A program made the position numbers and the translations under genes. Source: Ruditapes philippinarum (lineage: Eukaryota). Taken from it: a DNA stretch of 64,000 nucleotides. Each line of letters begins with the position of its first letter. Within the stretch, counting starts at the first letter, position 1. Positions 13,556 through 27,431 of the stretch are shown here, piece after piece. The stretch is from contig NW_026857392.1 of NCBI RefSeq assembly GCF_026571515.1, positions 310,001 to 374,000 on the forward strand, given 5' to 3'. The notes under the pieces were generated by a model. It ran no database searches and was not told where the DNA came from. It saw only the letters and a program-made list of their open reading frames with translations.

Positions 13556-14324
13556 TGCTCCAGGTTTTTGTGTCATTCCATATCTTAAAAGATTATGAAA
13601 TATTTGATAATACAATATTAACATTAAAGAGATAACCTGGAAATGCTAACAAGGTGATAATCATTTCATGTACTGACCTAAATACCAAACTAAATAGTTG
13701 TCCATTAATGTCAATATTGTATTACTTCATTAATGAAAGTTAAATTGATCCTTTCATCCTATCCTATCCTGACTGAAATGTATAATAAATTTTTTTTGTA
13801 CTTTAAATTTGGAATTATCCATTATTGATATTTATCATGGACTCAAATTGGATACAAAGAGTTGTGTTGAACACCAAAGATTAGCTGACCATTCTTATGG
13901 GCCTATGAAAATGACTGATGGCATCATTAAATATGATTTGATCGATTACTTCAAAATGCTTATACTTCAAACCCTGAGAAATTGAATAAAAGCTTTAATT
14001 AAAAGTTTTTTAATATTTGATATTTTGGAAAAGCAAAGTCCAGAAATCTAAGACTCAGGTCTGAAACTCAGGTCTGAATCAATGCTACTGTGTGATTTTG
14101 CTGTTAGATGTACAGAATGATTGGTATTACCAAGCTTCTAAAGTTCTGCATATTAAGAAAGGCTGAATTTGGATTAAGACTTGATTTTCTCATAAATCTT
14201 GTGCTCTTTTGATATCTGTGAATTTATTGCCACTTGCATATCTTAGGAAAATATTTACAGTTATAAATCAGTGGAACAAATTACTTATTGACTGACAGGA
14301 GATATTTCAAACATTTGTTTACAG

Positions 14325-14336
14325 ATATAGACCAAG
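14325..14336 (+). CDS. Candidate 12-nt microexon (adds D-I-D-Q in phase 1)
   Basis: catttgtttacag|ATATAGACCAAG|gtaagt, with a branch-point-like actgac at about 14291-14296. Frame-preserving and stop-free in phase 1. Confidence 0.45.
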
Positions 14337-14521
14337 GTAAGTAGAATTGGTTAAACCATTCAGCACAACAGAGATAATCAAAGCCTTAATAATTGCCAGT
14401 AATGAATCAGAGCCATTTGAAAGTCCCAAAGAAAGTTCTTTACTCAAGTCCTGATTTGTAAGTTAGTTATGATGGTAAAGGCTTTTGCCAAGTCAGTTGG
14501 CAATGATATTAGTTAATTACT

Positions 14522-15516
14522 AAGGTTTTGCCATATATTTTAAGCTTTTACCAATTAAACTACATTAAAGAGTCACACATGCAGTTAAAGTTATACACAT
14601 AATGGTTTTGCCATATATTTTAAGCTTTTACCATTAACTATATTAAAGAGTCAAACATGCAGTTAAAGTTATGCACAAAGTGGTTTTGTCATATATTTTA
14701 AGATTTTATAGTAAAGCATTTACCATAAACTATATTAAGAGGCAAACATGCAAGTTAAAGTTATGCACATAGTGGTTTTGCCATATATTTTAAGCTTTTA
14801 CCATAATGCTTTCACCATAAACTATATTAAAGAGTGAAACATGCAGTTAAAGTTATGCACATAGTGGTTTTGCTATATATTTTAAGCTTTTACCATAAAG
14901 CTTTCACCATAAACTATATTAAAGAGTGAAACATGCAGTTAAAGTTATGCACATAGTGGTTTTGCCATATATTTTAAGATTTTACAGTAAAGCTTTCACC
15001 ATAAACTATATTAAAGAGTGAAACATGCAGTTAAAGTTATGCACATAGTGGTTTTGCCATATATTTTAAGCTTTTACCATAAAGCTTTCACCATAAACTA
15101 TATTAAAGAGTGAAACATGCAGTTAAAGTTATGCACATAGTGGTTTTGCCATATATTTTAAGCTTTTACAATAAAGCATTTACCATAAACTATATTAAGA
15201 GGCAAACATGCAAGTTAAAGTTATGCACATAGTGGTTTTGCCATATATTTTAAGCTTTTACCATAAAGCTTTCACCATAAACTATATTAAAGAGTGAAAC
15301 ATGCAGTTAAAGTGATGCACATAGTGGTTTTGCCATATATTTTAAGATTTTACAGTAAAGCTTTCACCATAAACTATATTAAAGAGTGAAACATGCAGTT
15401 AAAGTTATGCACATAGTGGTTTTGCCATATATTTTAAGCTTTTACCATAAACTATATTAAAGAGGCAAACATGCAAGTTAAAGTTATCATGCACATTATG
15501 GTTTTGCCATATATTT
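14522..15516. repeat. Minisatellite, 92-bp unit, about 11 copies
   Basis: GAGTGAAACATGCAG recurs at 14832, 14924, 15016 and 15108 (period 92). Flanking units are shorter (about 75-77 bp). Confidence 0.95.
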
Positions 15517-18500
15517 AAAAGTAGGGTGCATTTGGTAATGGGAAAGACTGAATTGCACCATACATTTTTAACATGGATTCTAAGCATTAAGTTAATGCAG
15601 AGACATGTTGTATTGCAAACACTTTTTTGAAGATCACATTGGCATGATATTTGAATAAGTTCAACTGACAACATATTGTATGGGAAAGACTTTAATATGG
15701 TACGTGTATAAATAGCAAAAAATCATTGTATATATTTACATAATTGTTGTATTGTAATATATATTGATGGATGGCAAATTAGAGGGGAATTTTCCCTGTA
15801 ATGATTGAAATAATGTTGTTTGGAAATGCTTTTTGTGTGATGTTGTTGATGATAATATCATTTCTATTCAGTATAGCTTTACACGTCTTTGGGAAGGAGA
15901 TGAGTTGACCTTGACATTATGTTCTTTAATACTTTATAAATGATGTATGAATTAATATGATGAATACTTGTTTATTACAGCTGTTTATATGTACACAATA
16001 AATCCTAGAGATTAGAGATTACTTTGTGGAAAAATTTGAATTTGTTTGCAAACATCTTTACAGAAATAAAGGCGGTTAACACTTTACATCACAGGGGTCA
16101 TGTGAAATGTTGACTTAAGGAAACTGATTTGTTTACACTTGATTTAAGTGCTTATATTCAAAACCACTTTGGTATGTAGATTTTCGTTTTGCATTGACTT
16201 TTATGTACAAGTCACTTTGCTGATAAACAATAGCATGATGAAAAGATTCCCACATAATCCATGATATATGTGATGAAAATATTTCTTGTTCATTTTTTTT
16301 CTGTCTTAGTTTATAAAGAATCATAGTCTTTTTACATGTTGATAATAACACCTCTTGTTGCTGAGGGGTTGCCTTAAATGGTTGAGACATGAGAATTGCA
16401 GCCACCTTTTATCCCAGAGTGATCTGAGGTTCAAATAACTAAAGTCTGCATAATATTATGTGACCAATGGTGTTGCTTTAAAGTTTGTTACACCCAAGGT
16501 TAGCCAAAGTCATCTTCCCTGTTTCAGTGCTGTTTATGATCTGTACTGTGTTGGTGCACTGTTAAACAAAACAAACAAAAAACAAACAATATGTTGATTA
16601 ACAAAATCCAGAAACTGTTGAATGAGTGACTTTATCTAAGGGAAGTAACTCTGATTGTATTTGTATAGAACTAATACAGATTGTCTTTTTACCTCCTGAG
16701 GAATTTGGTATAAATTATCGTTTTTGCATACAAAATGATTTGCAAAAAATACACAACAAGAATGAAAATGAATAATAAGATCCAATTTGTCAATAGAATT
16801 CATGTAGAGTTGAAGCGAGATTGAAAATAGACGATGATATTTAGACAAGTGAGGTCTGTTTTTGCAATATTGTATGTTTCTGTTCATTTGATAAGTTATA
16901 TTTATTTCTGTATAGGTGAAAGATGAAATAAAGGAATCAAGATTATTGTGTAGATAGATTTGATTGTATTATGATTTGGTGCCAAAATCAAAGTAATAAG
17001 TTTGAAGGAGAAAAAACGATACCATTTGTAATGAAAAACGATAAGGAAATATTTACTTTTATGTTTAAATGAATACTTTTTAACAATTAATGCATGAAAA
17101 CAAATTGTGTTGCAGAAATAGTGTTTAATTTTGTATTTCTTTAAATTCATCAAGTAAGATGATTCTGCTTTGTTATGTGAACATAAAGATATTCATTATT
17201 TGCTTCTTTTTCTGATGAAATTCAGTACTTTTAAGTCATTGTAAAATTTTTGCACTATTTATCTATATAATGCCTCTTTTTATCAAGAATAAATTAAAGT
17301 GTTTCTTTTTTTAGTGTCAAGATAAACATTAAAAACGTGATGACCCTTGCTTTCTTTGTAGAAACCATAATTTTTTGTATCTGCCATAAAAATGGGAAAA
17401 ATGACAAATGTTTCTATTGTTAAGATTAATTGTTTAATATTCACAATAAAGGAAACTGCTCCTATTTATGATGAGAATGTGTCTTGTTCCCATATTGTGG
17501 TTCCTTTAAAGTGTAATTCAACGACTCATAAAACTCACACATTTATGGTCATTTATGGTCCGAATACTAAATGTCCATTTGTCAAAACTGGACATTGACA
17601 TTGTACGATTCTGGCCGTTTTTGCAGGTCAAACATGATTCAAACTGACCATTCACTTTAAACCCTAGTGACTTAGGATTGCATCGCAGTCTTAATTGTAT
17701 ATGTATATATATATATTTGTATATTTATGTACGTGTACAAAATATAACCTAAGTATTTAATATAGCAATGATATATATCATGGACTTAAGCTGTTAAAGA
17801 TTTGTGAACATGATTGGAATTTATAGATGTTAAAATTCATCGTTTGTGCATTAAAAAAGTTTCAATTTTCTTTCAAATGTTTGCAAGACGTTCATGAAAT
17901 CTTTTCATTTTATTGTCAAAATTAAGTGAAGTGAAAACTTTTGTGGAAACAAAAAAGTCTGGTTTGCACTTACAGATGAACTGAGATGGAATGGGATGTA
18001 TGAGAATTTATTATGGAATTGAAAAAAGAAAATTTAACACACATGAAATCTTGTCAATATAATACATATGGGTGTGAATATGGCATGTAACAAAAAACTT
18101 GATTCTTAGCATTTAAAGCATTTGAAATAGAATGATTGCATTCAAATATTGATTTCAATTAGATATCGATATAAATAATTTAATATAGTCGGAGCATTAT
18201 GAAAGCATCATTGAATCTGTTATTGAATTTAATTGAATGTTATAGCATTGATTAATTAAGGTAATTCAATATCAATTTTAATACCAGCATTAAATATCCA
18301 TTAATCAATAAGTTTAATTGAAATTAATAAACCTGGATTGCGACAAGTACCGGAAAAAACGGCATATACTTTAATGGAAGTTTTTTGTTATATATGAAAT
18401 TATAACTGACCTTTTAATATAATTATCTGAAATCAAGTTCATACATAGAATCGCTTAGAATACTTTTTTAAACAAATTTTGCTGACTTTCACAAAAAGAT

Positions 18501-19009
18501 TTTCATCTCTAACATTCAAGGAGCATTGACCTTGTAGCTGTGTTGAAAAAAGCTTTTTATAAAGTTAAAATGGATTTCTAAATAATTTGAGTTCTGAGTT
18601 TGGCATAGGTTTGTTCTTGATAATTTGAAAGTACGGACAGCATGTCTAGTGCCATTCTTCCTAGAAAGATTTATGTTGAGAAGTTGGCAGTTTCTTGTAT
18701 AGAGAAATAAATAAGTACACTGGGACGTGATGTCTTTAGAGAACTAGATAGGTAAATGTCCGGTTGTATCATTAATTGGCACAAGTACCTGCCAAACAAT
18801 TAAACCTGGTGCATTGACTCTTTGTCTTATATATACTGGCTAGTTATTAATGCATAATTTATCTAAAGAAAGAAAAAAAATAAACATGAAAAAAGGTTAA
18901 TTATATTTAATGAAAATGATGGATTTTCCAGGTGTTTATTTACATTTAGACGATAATTTATAAAACAGTTATTTCGGAAGGATTCTTTTTATGTTGCTTA
19001 TTGTTTAAA

Positions 19010-19430
19010 TCACTAGTGTTCCCACACCAATGTGGTGGATTCTCTTATCTGTCCAGGTAGCTAACAGAATGATGGTGATTCTACTCAAGACTGCATGCTT
19101 GATGTGCTCATGCCTGAGGCATTTCATAGAGGGGCACATTAGGTTTTTAAATTTTTAAATATGAGTTGGAATGACCTTGACAGTGTTGGCATGACTTACA
19201 ACCAAACCCTTAAAAATAAGTAAAGTTGCACCATGCACAAGACTTGCAATCTTGAATCTTATGATAACATCTAGGCTTATAACACCAGAGCCGGCAAAAT
19301 CAGTTGAGGAAGACCTTAGGTGCCCCTTTGTGCATTGTTTCAGACATAAGTGGAAACATGAGAAGAGTCAATTATCAACCTTCCCAAATCTAGCTGGATA
19401 GCTTTCTCACATAAAAGAATCCAAAGGTCT
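19010..19430. mobile_element. Two degenerate SINE fragments of the second family, tail to tail
   Basis: About 19010-19215 on + (ATCTGTCCAGGTAGCTAAC...GAGGGGCACATTAGG...CAGTGTTGGCATGACTTA). About 19220-19430 on - (GAGGAAGACCTTAGGTGCCCCT...CTAGCTGGATAGCTT). Confidence 0.5.
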
Positions 19431-21629
19431 CTGCAGACCGGATTTTATTCACAGCAAATGATTTTAAGATGGCAACTTTAACCACTCACACATAGAGGTC
19501 CCAATAAATGATTTGAATTTGAAATTAAAGTACATTACAAAAATATTTGACACAAAAAAGAATGAAACACCTTTCTACATATTTTATTTTTTTGTTAAAT
19601 CTATGAATGTTTATTTTATTCTGTGGATTGTCAATTACTGTAAAACTTCCCCATGACATACCTGTAATTAAGATTCCTGCTAGTATTAATAAGAATAACT
19701 AAGCAACATCAAGTAGAAATGATCATGAAATCTGTCAGTGAAATGATTTGTGAAGTGTAAGAACAAGATTTCTGTGATATTTACATCCATCAGGTAATGA
19801 TCCTACCAGAATCCTACATGTGGTTTACTGTATACTGATGGGGGAATTAATATTTGCGCCAGCTACATTTGGCTGGGCTTATAAGTGGAATTAATTGATT
19901 GAATAATTTCATTAAGATTCGTTAGCAGTATAAAGGCATTAATTAAGAAGGAATGTTGGTTAAACATTAAAATGTATTTACTACATAGATAATAAATTGT
20001 TGAATTGCTCTATAAATATAATTTAGTAAAAGCTGTGTATTATTTTATTTGTGGGATGTATTTGTTTAATGTTTTCATGGATAAAAGATGACAGAAAAAG
20101 AAGATTACCTGGATATTAAATGTTAATAAACTAAACTGTGTATAATTCTTTTCCCTAAAATACATTTTGTATTAATTTTTTTTCGCAGACAAAATAAATC
20201 CTAGTCCATGTTAAGTCATAGCTATGTAAAAAAAAAGAGACATAGGAAAGCATAATTTGTAAAAACAGAAAAAAAATCTGTATTTTATGTTTATAGTATA
20301 ACCTTTGAAGCATAAGGCATATTTAAAAAAAAGTTCACAAAAACCAAATAATGGAGAGTAATTTTGGAATTATTTAATATTTGTGTCAAAGCCATTACAT
20401 TCCTGTAAAATTAGAGGAAATTCTGTGAAATAATGATATGAAATTACTAAATTTAACATACTATAGGTACACAAGAGTGAGTTGGGTCTTTTTTCTCTAA
20501 AATTAACACACATAATTTCATATTTCAGTGCTTGCAAATGACATATATTCTAGGGATGGATAAAAAATTTGATTTTCTTAATTTATATAAAGAAGCAGAT
20601 AACAAAACAAAATATAAATACAAAACAAAAAATAAAATGTATAGAAATAAATGTTTGAATTGTTTTACCAGGATATAGGGAAGATAGCAATAAATGATTC
20701 CTCAAACAAAGTTGGCAAAAAGAAGAGTGGGGAGAATTTTCTATTTTTGATGAGGATTTTCTCACTTCTAGGATCAGATCAATTGTCTAGAACATATGTT
20801 AATGTTGAAAGATTTCTTATTTTTTTATGAGAGACCTTTTTTGTTGAAGATTTTTGTTTATTACATTTTGTTTTTCTTTGAGAGTGGAAAAATAACATCA
20901 TATGTTAGTCAGAAAATACAAAGATTACAGAAGGGGGAGAAAAGAAGAACTGAACAATTCTTAATTGATTTCTGAAAAAGTAATAAGAGAGTAGGTAAAA
21001 AGGAAATAAGTAACAGTTCAATCGAGTACTAAAAACTGAGAATTATTTTCCCAAGGTATATACATAGATGTATTGATGGTGTTTATTTGTGGAGGAAAAC
21101 ATGCTTTGATGTTGGGAGGTGTATGTTTTCATAACATTTTGGATTTGTTTTGGAAATTTGACCAAAGATAGAAAGCTTTTGACTGATAAGCCTATGGACT
21201 TATAGTAATTATATATACCAGTATCCTATCAAAACTCCAAGAGGTGATGAAAAAAGTAGTTATTTTGGATGTTTATTTGAGATTCTTGAGCTTCATGTGG
21301 TTTATAGGATTTATTATACATGACTGTACATGTATTTCATCATGTAAAGCATGTGTGATGATAATTATCATATGATACAAAAAATGGAAATAGCTCTATG
21401 AAAATTATTGTTTCAGATAATTAAAATTTCTGTATGCGAAATAAATTGACTTTTCAAAACTACTGTGTAGATCTAATATTGAAATATATTATTTGAACTG
21501 GTTATGTGTCAGAAAGTGAGCTCTAATATACAACAGTTTTGTTTTATTACATTTGTCTGCAATAACACTGTAAATGTAATGAAAGTGTAAAGTTCATGTA
21601 TAAGATTATGCCTGACAATCTGAGCAATT

Positions 21630-21729
21630 ATGGATGTATTTGATAATCGTGAAAAGACCAAGTTGAAGTTGACGCAGCGACGATCCAGCTGCCCCTGTAT
21701 CACAGGCTCGAACCAGAGATTCTCTCTAG
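21630..21729 (+). CDS. Putative alternative first coding exon B (33 aa: MDVFDNREKTKLKLTQRRSSCPCITGSNQRFSL)
   Basis: Start context attATGG, GC/CpG-richer than flanks, 100 nt = 33 codons + 1, consensus donor TAG|gtaagt, phase 1 compatible with 53379. Confidence 0.7.
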
Positions 21730-21997
21730 GTAAGTCTACATCCTCAATCTATACAGTAAATAGTCTGACTCTTACCAACGGTAACCATGAACATCCAAGC
21801 TTTACATGGTCACCATGAACATAATGAGATGAACATAGAGCAGCAGACTGGGAGGGCACTCTGTACAGCTTCTAATATCTGTTATTACAAGGTGGGGGTG
21901 GGGGGGACGGCATAATGGTATCATGAAAAATGAAAATAATTGTAATTTCACCACTTTTTCTATTCATTCTAGTAATACAAATCTTGACCATTCTTTT

Positions 21998-22115
21998 CAG
22001 TATTTGTTACGCTCAACTATTTATAGAATAGGGAGAACTGTTGTACTAACCCTGGCGCCACCCAAACACTTTGGTTATGTTTTCATATGGACAGCTCTTA
22101 GTTTCTTTGCAAACA
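21998..22115 (+). mobile_element. Probable degenerate end of a Helentron-type non-autonomous repeat
   Basis: GCTCAACTATT-TATAG-AATAG short inverted repeat followed by TACTAACCCTGGCGCC...TTGGTTATGTTTT. Resemblance is from memory only. Confidence 0.35.
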
Positions 22116-22884
22116 TGGCAATTAAAGACATTTCAATAAATTATAATTCACTTCTCAAATGAACCTCAGTATTTATTCTTTTATTATAAATGACTATAAT
22201 TATATAGTTAACTGACACCTTACTTAATTATATTTTCAGTTTTTTGTATATCATCGGTGATGTTTAAATTGTGCCATCATTAATATATGACATGGTTTTT
22301 AGTGCTAATGGTCCACATCTCTATTGTTGTACAAATATTGCCATGTCATTCTATACCTACATATGAACCATCTCTCACTGATGATAATATATATTTATAT
22401 ATATCAGCTTACATTACAAATGTTAGCAAATAATTTATCTCTGTATATAATGTTAATTACCTTCTACTTGAAAGGTATTTGTGAAAAATTGTATTTTTTT
22501 GAGCATACAGTTGAGAACATACTCCAATTTATCTTCCTTTCTTGTATACAAAAAAATATATAGTGAAAGTGTTCTAAAGTAGCTTGTTCCATGAAAAAAA
22601 AACCATTATTTTCATTTTTGAGTGAGTTGTAAGTTTTCTTTAGTGGTTTTGCAAGTGCCAGATAAGCTTTCATAAACTTTTATTAGAAATCAGCATTTTA
22701 TAAAAGATATACTCATCTTTAGACATTTACAGTAGCTAAAAATTGTGTAAACTAATGTTAACTTCAACCTAAAACTATTAACTGTTTTTGTAGGTTGTCT
22801 TTATATTTTACTGAGGTCCTGGGTTTGAGTCCCAGTCTGGCTGCACATTTTCTCAAGCTGTGACATTCTGTTACTTTAGTTATA

Positions 22885-23715
22885 GTGTTCTTTTGTTCAA
22901 ATGCAATACTTTCAGTAATTGTCCTGTTGCTCCATCTACAGTACTTAAGTCATTGTCCTGTTGCTCCAGTGCAATATGTAAAGTAATTGTCCTGTTGGTC
23001 CATCTGCAATACTTTAAGTAATTGTCATGATACTCCAGCTGCAGTACTTTAGTCATTGTCCTGTTGCTCCATTTGCAATGCTTCAATTATTGTCATGTTG
23101 CTCCATCTGCAATACTTTCAGTAATATTGTAATGTTTCTCTATCTGCAATATTTTCAGTACTTGCCATGTTGCACCATCTGCAATTCTTTCAGTAATTGT
23201 CCTGTTGGTCCATCTGTAATTCTTTCAGTAATTGTCCTGTTGCTCCATCTGCTATTCTTTCAGTAATTGTCCTGTTGCTCCATCTGCCATTCTTTCAGTA
23301 ATTGTCCTGTTGGTCCATCTGCAATACTTTCAGTAATTGTCATGTTGCTCCAGCTGCAGTACTTCAATTATTGTCCTGTTGCTCCAACTGCAACACTAAC
23401 AGTAATTGTCCTGTTGCTCCAGCTGTAGTACTTTAGTTATTGTCCTGTTGTTCCATCTTGAAATCTTTAGTTATTGCCCTGTTAGTCCAGCTGCAGTACT
23501 TTAGTTATTGTCTTTAGTTATTTTGTTATTGTCCTGTTGCTCCATCTGCAGCACTTACAGTAATTGTCCTGTTGCTCCATCTGTAACACTTACAGTAATT
23601 GTCCTGTTGCTCCAGTTGCAATACTTAAGTAATTATTACTCCATCTGCAATCCTTTCTGTAATTGTTTTGTTGGTCTAGCTGCAATACATTCAGTTATAT
23701 TTTTTTGCTTCAACT
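22885..23715. repeat. Minisatellite, 35-bp unit (CAGTAATTGTCCTGTTGCTCCATCTGCAATACTTT), about 23 copies
   Basis: Unit starts at 23191, 23226, 23261, 23296 and so on; degenerate at both ends. Confidence 0.95.
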
Positions 23716-24909
23716 GACTTATATGCAGGACTTTAATAGGTCGTCCTCAGTCATTATGGCAGCAATAGTTATTGTTCTATTGCTACATTCTCTGTTCTTT
23801 CACCTGACTGTCATAAGTATAAGTTAATTTGATGTATTTCAATGAATGCAAATTCATGTATATTAACTATTTTGCAAGTTTTTATGCAGTCAATTTGTTT
23901 GAACCCGAAAAAAAAATTGTTCAATAAATATTTTGTCAATCTTCATTCATTCATAGAATACAAGCTTGCTTGTTAATGTATGGATCTATAATTTGTAAAT
24001 TTAAATTGGAAGCTTTTTTATTTTGTGGAGACATTTTTTTTTTACCACTGCATAATTCAGCGAAAGTGATGTCAATGGTACATCTTAAAAATATGTTTAA
24101 AAAATTGTTTATATATATATATTATATATATAATGGGGATCAAGTATGTATATCAATAAGTCATTCATTTCATGGATAATTTTGCATTAATGTATTTATG
24201 CTACGGGCATACATGATATAAAAGGACATTTAGTATAATAGTCAACGAGACTCAATTGTAATTCACTGAGGCGAAAAACTTTTTTTCCGCCAAAAAAAAT
24301 GTCGACTTCACTAAACTATAGAAAGGTTGCCACATGTGAAGAAATATCAATGGCCGCATAAATTGACCGAAGCAGTAGCCAACTTTAAAGCAGCCTTTGG
24401 TTCATTGATATTCAAAAAAAACTTTTTCCCTTCCATCGTGTAACATGACATCATTTCTGTTGTTGAAAAATTAGATTGAATACCTGAAGCTTTCAGTCTT
24501 GATTATTTTTTGAAAGGAGAGAAGAAGAAAAAAATGTGTTGAAATATGCTTTCGGATTATTTAAAGTGTATATATATATATATATATCGTCACGTGATGT
24601 ATATAGATATATACCTTCAATTGAATGAAATCTGAGATATTTTACATCGTATTAAATTATAAAGAGCAGAATACCCAATTTTTATAATCATTTCGTAAGT
24701 CAAATGTAATGATAAGTAGATAGAGGTACAGGAATTACATACTCAAGTGTATGTCCATGTGTAAAGATGCGATTAAAAATCAACACTGATACTATACTAT
24801 ATTTCGGTGTTAAATATTTCGAATAAAATATGGCAGAGATGGATATAAGTATTGAAATTACGCTGGAGGCATTGAACGGTATAGTATTGACATCTTTCCA
24901 ATTTTGTGA

Positions 24910-25330
24910 AATGAAATTATTTTAACTTAGATCGATTTTAACTTAAAGTGTAACGCTAGGTGTTACGCGATACTTTAGTTTCGTAGAAATGAAATGCCAA
25001 TTTTTAACATGAAATTATTTTTATTTACATCGATTTTAACTTATGTTATGCTATAGGTTCGTAAAAATAAAAGCTATATTTTGAGTGTTATTTTTATTTA
25101 CATTGATTTTAACTTCAAGTGTTATGCTATAGTTTCACTATAGTTTCGTAAAAATGATTTATTTGAGTATTGTAGTTAAAAGTAATGCATTTAAGTGATA
25201 TATTTGAGAGTTGATATTTTTATTTACAAAGATATTAACTTTTAAGGCATTATGCTATATTTATGCTACAATTATCCTAAAATTTTTTAAAAAATGATAT
25301 GTTTGAGTATTGTAGTTATACTTTAGTGAT
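24910..25330. repeat. Degenerate AT-rich tandem repeat
   Basis: Recurrent GATTTTAACTT...GTTATGCTATAG.TTCGTAAAAAT motifs. Confidence 0.6.
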
Positions 25331-27278
25331 GTGTTTTGTTAAAAAAATGTATTTGACTGTTGATTTGATGTGCGGATATCACAGGGTGATGATGGGGGAT
25401 AATTTAAGAAATAAGTCAGGTGTATATCATGCTATTATGATGTTTAAATGAATGATTGCCGACTGCTGCATCTTCCATAACAATGATTTTTAAGATATCT
25501 GTCTCCAGAAAATAAAATAATTTGAATATCGGTACAGCTGTTTGCATTACTTTTGAATTTGAAATGTATTTTGTTATTAATTTGTTGTTTTTTTTGTGTG
25601 TTTTTTTTTTCTTTAGAATTGTTGTATTTGAATTATAAATGTTCAAAGGGACTTTATATATCATGAACTTTGTGGTTGTGAGGTCCCATTGGAACCCTTA
25701 AGGACTCTGGCAGGTGTTGCATATAGTTTAGTTTTGCTGTTCTTAGTGCTATATTTGTTTAATTTATCAAATTTAGGGAGTGACAGCCTTTTTTAATGGG
25801 GTGTTTAAAGGATCCACAACCACATTTTATTTAAACACCCTAATACTCACAGTTCCAGGTAAATCAAGAGACCGACCTATGTGTTTTTAGTTTCTCACAT
25901 ATCAACAAAAATGTGTTGTGACAATAGTTGTGGGCTTCTTTTTACGCTAACCATTTCGAATCCTTAACCAAGGATTGATTGTCAAAGAATTTTATTCTAT
26001 TTTCAAAGAATTTTATTCTAATTGTTTGACTTGATAGTTGGATTCAAATTTATACAGTTTGAAACACTTGCAGTTAATAATCTAATTTTTATTTAAAAAA
26101 ATATTCTAAATATTTTCTCATAAAACATCTATTTTTTGTAATGACTTTTAGCACAGAAAAATCCAATTAAATTAATCTGAGTGTGAAAATTTCCATAATG
26201 GCTTCTTTCTGTGGTCTACTTATATGAGGTCAATTAATTCTGATAATTAATTTGTTGTTGTGAAAAAGGGATTTAATGTGTTTTATTTCTAAGAATGTAA
26301 GACAGTCCATTCGTTATTGTATAGCAAAATGTTAATGTTGTGGTTTGTGGCATTTTTTTGAAAATATTCAATTATATACCTTATTTGGGTTGTGCTCGTG
26401 TTTTTCGGTTCGTGAACGTCAGCCATTAATGTCTAAGTATGTACTTAGTTCAACAGTAAAACCGTCTTTTTTGTAGGTTTTTGTGAAATATTAAACTGAA
26501 ATTTCAGTAGAATATGTGACAGGTATCGGGCTGGTTTATTGTCGTATGTAATTAATATTCATGAAGGCTTTCCATCCGACATTGTTGCTGATATGATTTA
26601 AAATTGAGAAATTTAGGAAGATACCGTTTTGATATTTAGTAACAATTGTTAAACTGTCCAAGAAGATGATAAAAGTTTTAATCTGTATTGTTTGCTCTTA
26701 ATTCATGTGGATTTTAAAATGTTGCATTTTATGCTTATAGATAATGGGTTCTAAAGATTGCCTGTTTTTACTACAGTAGAACATTGTTAATTTGACCTTT
26801 AATTAATAACAAGCAAAGCATATCTCCTTAACAAGGAATTAGTAGAAAATAAGCATACAGAAAGTGAGTGCTACAATGTAACAGTAACTTAATATCAATC
26901 AGTAATACTTAAACATAAATAGTTGCAGTTCCTAGAGTTTACATAATGACATTTTTTGACATTTCAAAAATTTAAACGGGGGGAAAAAGTCAAGGTTACT
27001 GATTCAATTTCTGCAGGTTTGTAAGTACTCGAAAGTTAGTAATGATAATAAAACACCTTCATAATATTATAGCATAATATATAAACCTGTATAGTGAATA
27101 TGTTTTTGTTGAAAGGAAGTAATTGAAAATAGAAAGACAGTCTTGGTAAATGATAGGTTTGATGTAGCGGAAACTACATATACATAATGTATTCACATTG
27201 ACTTTATGTTAATGATAAAATATATTATCCCTGTATAAATAGAAGATCATATTACAAATTCTGAAGCTAGTTTCATTC

Positions 27279-27431
27279 NNNNNNNNNNNNNNNNNNNNNN
27301 NNNNNNNNNNNNNNNNNNNNNNNNNNNNNNNNNNNNNNNNNNNNNNNNNNNNNNNNNNNNNNNNNNNNNNNNNNNNNNNNNNNNNNNNNNNNNNNNNNNN
27401 NNNNNNNNNNNNNNNNNNNNNNNNNNNNNNN
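27279..27431. other. Assembly gap (153 N)
   Basis: Run of n characters. Confidence 1.

Noticed and set aside
22880-23717. ORFs in the 35-bp array, and its CRISPR-like period
   Set aside because: Head-to-tail repeats with no unique spacers, no cas genes, and a eukaryotic context. The unit length is not a multiple of 3.
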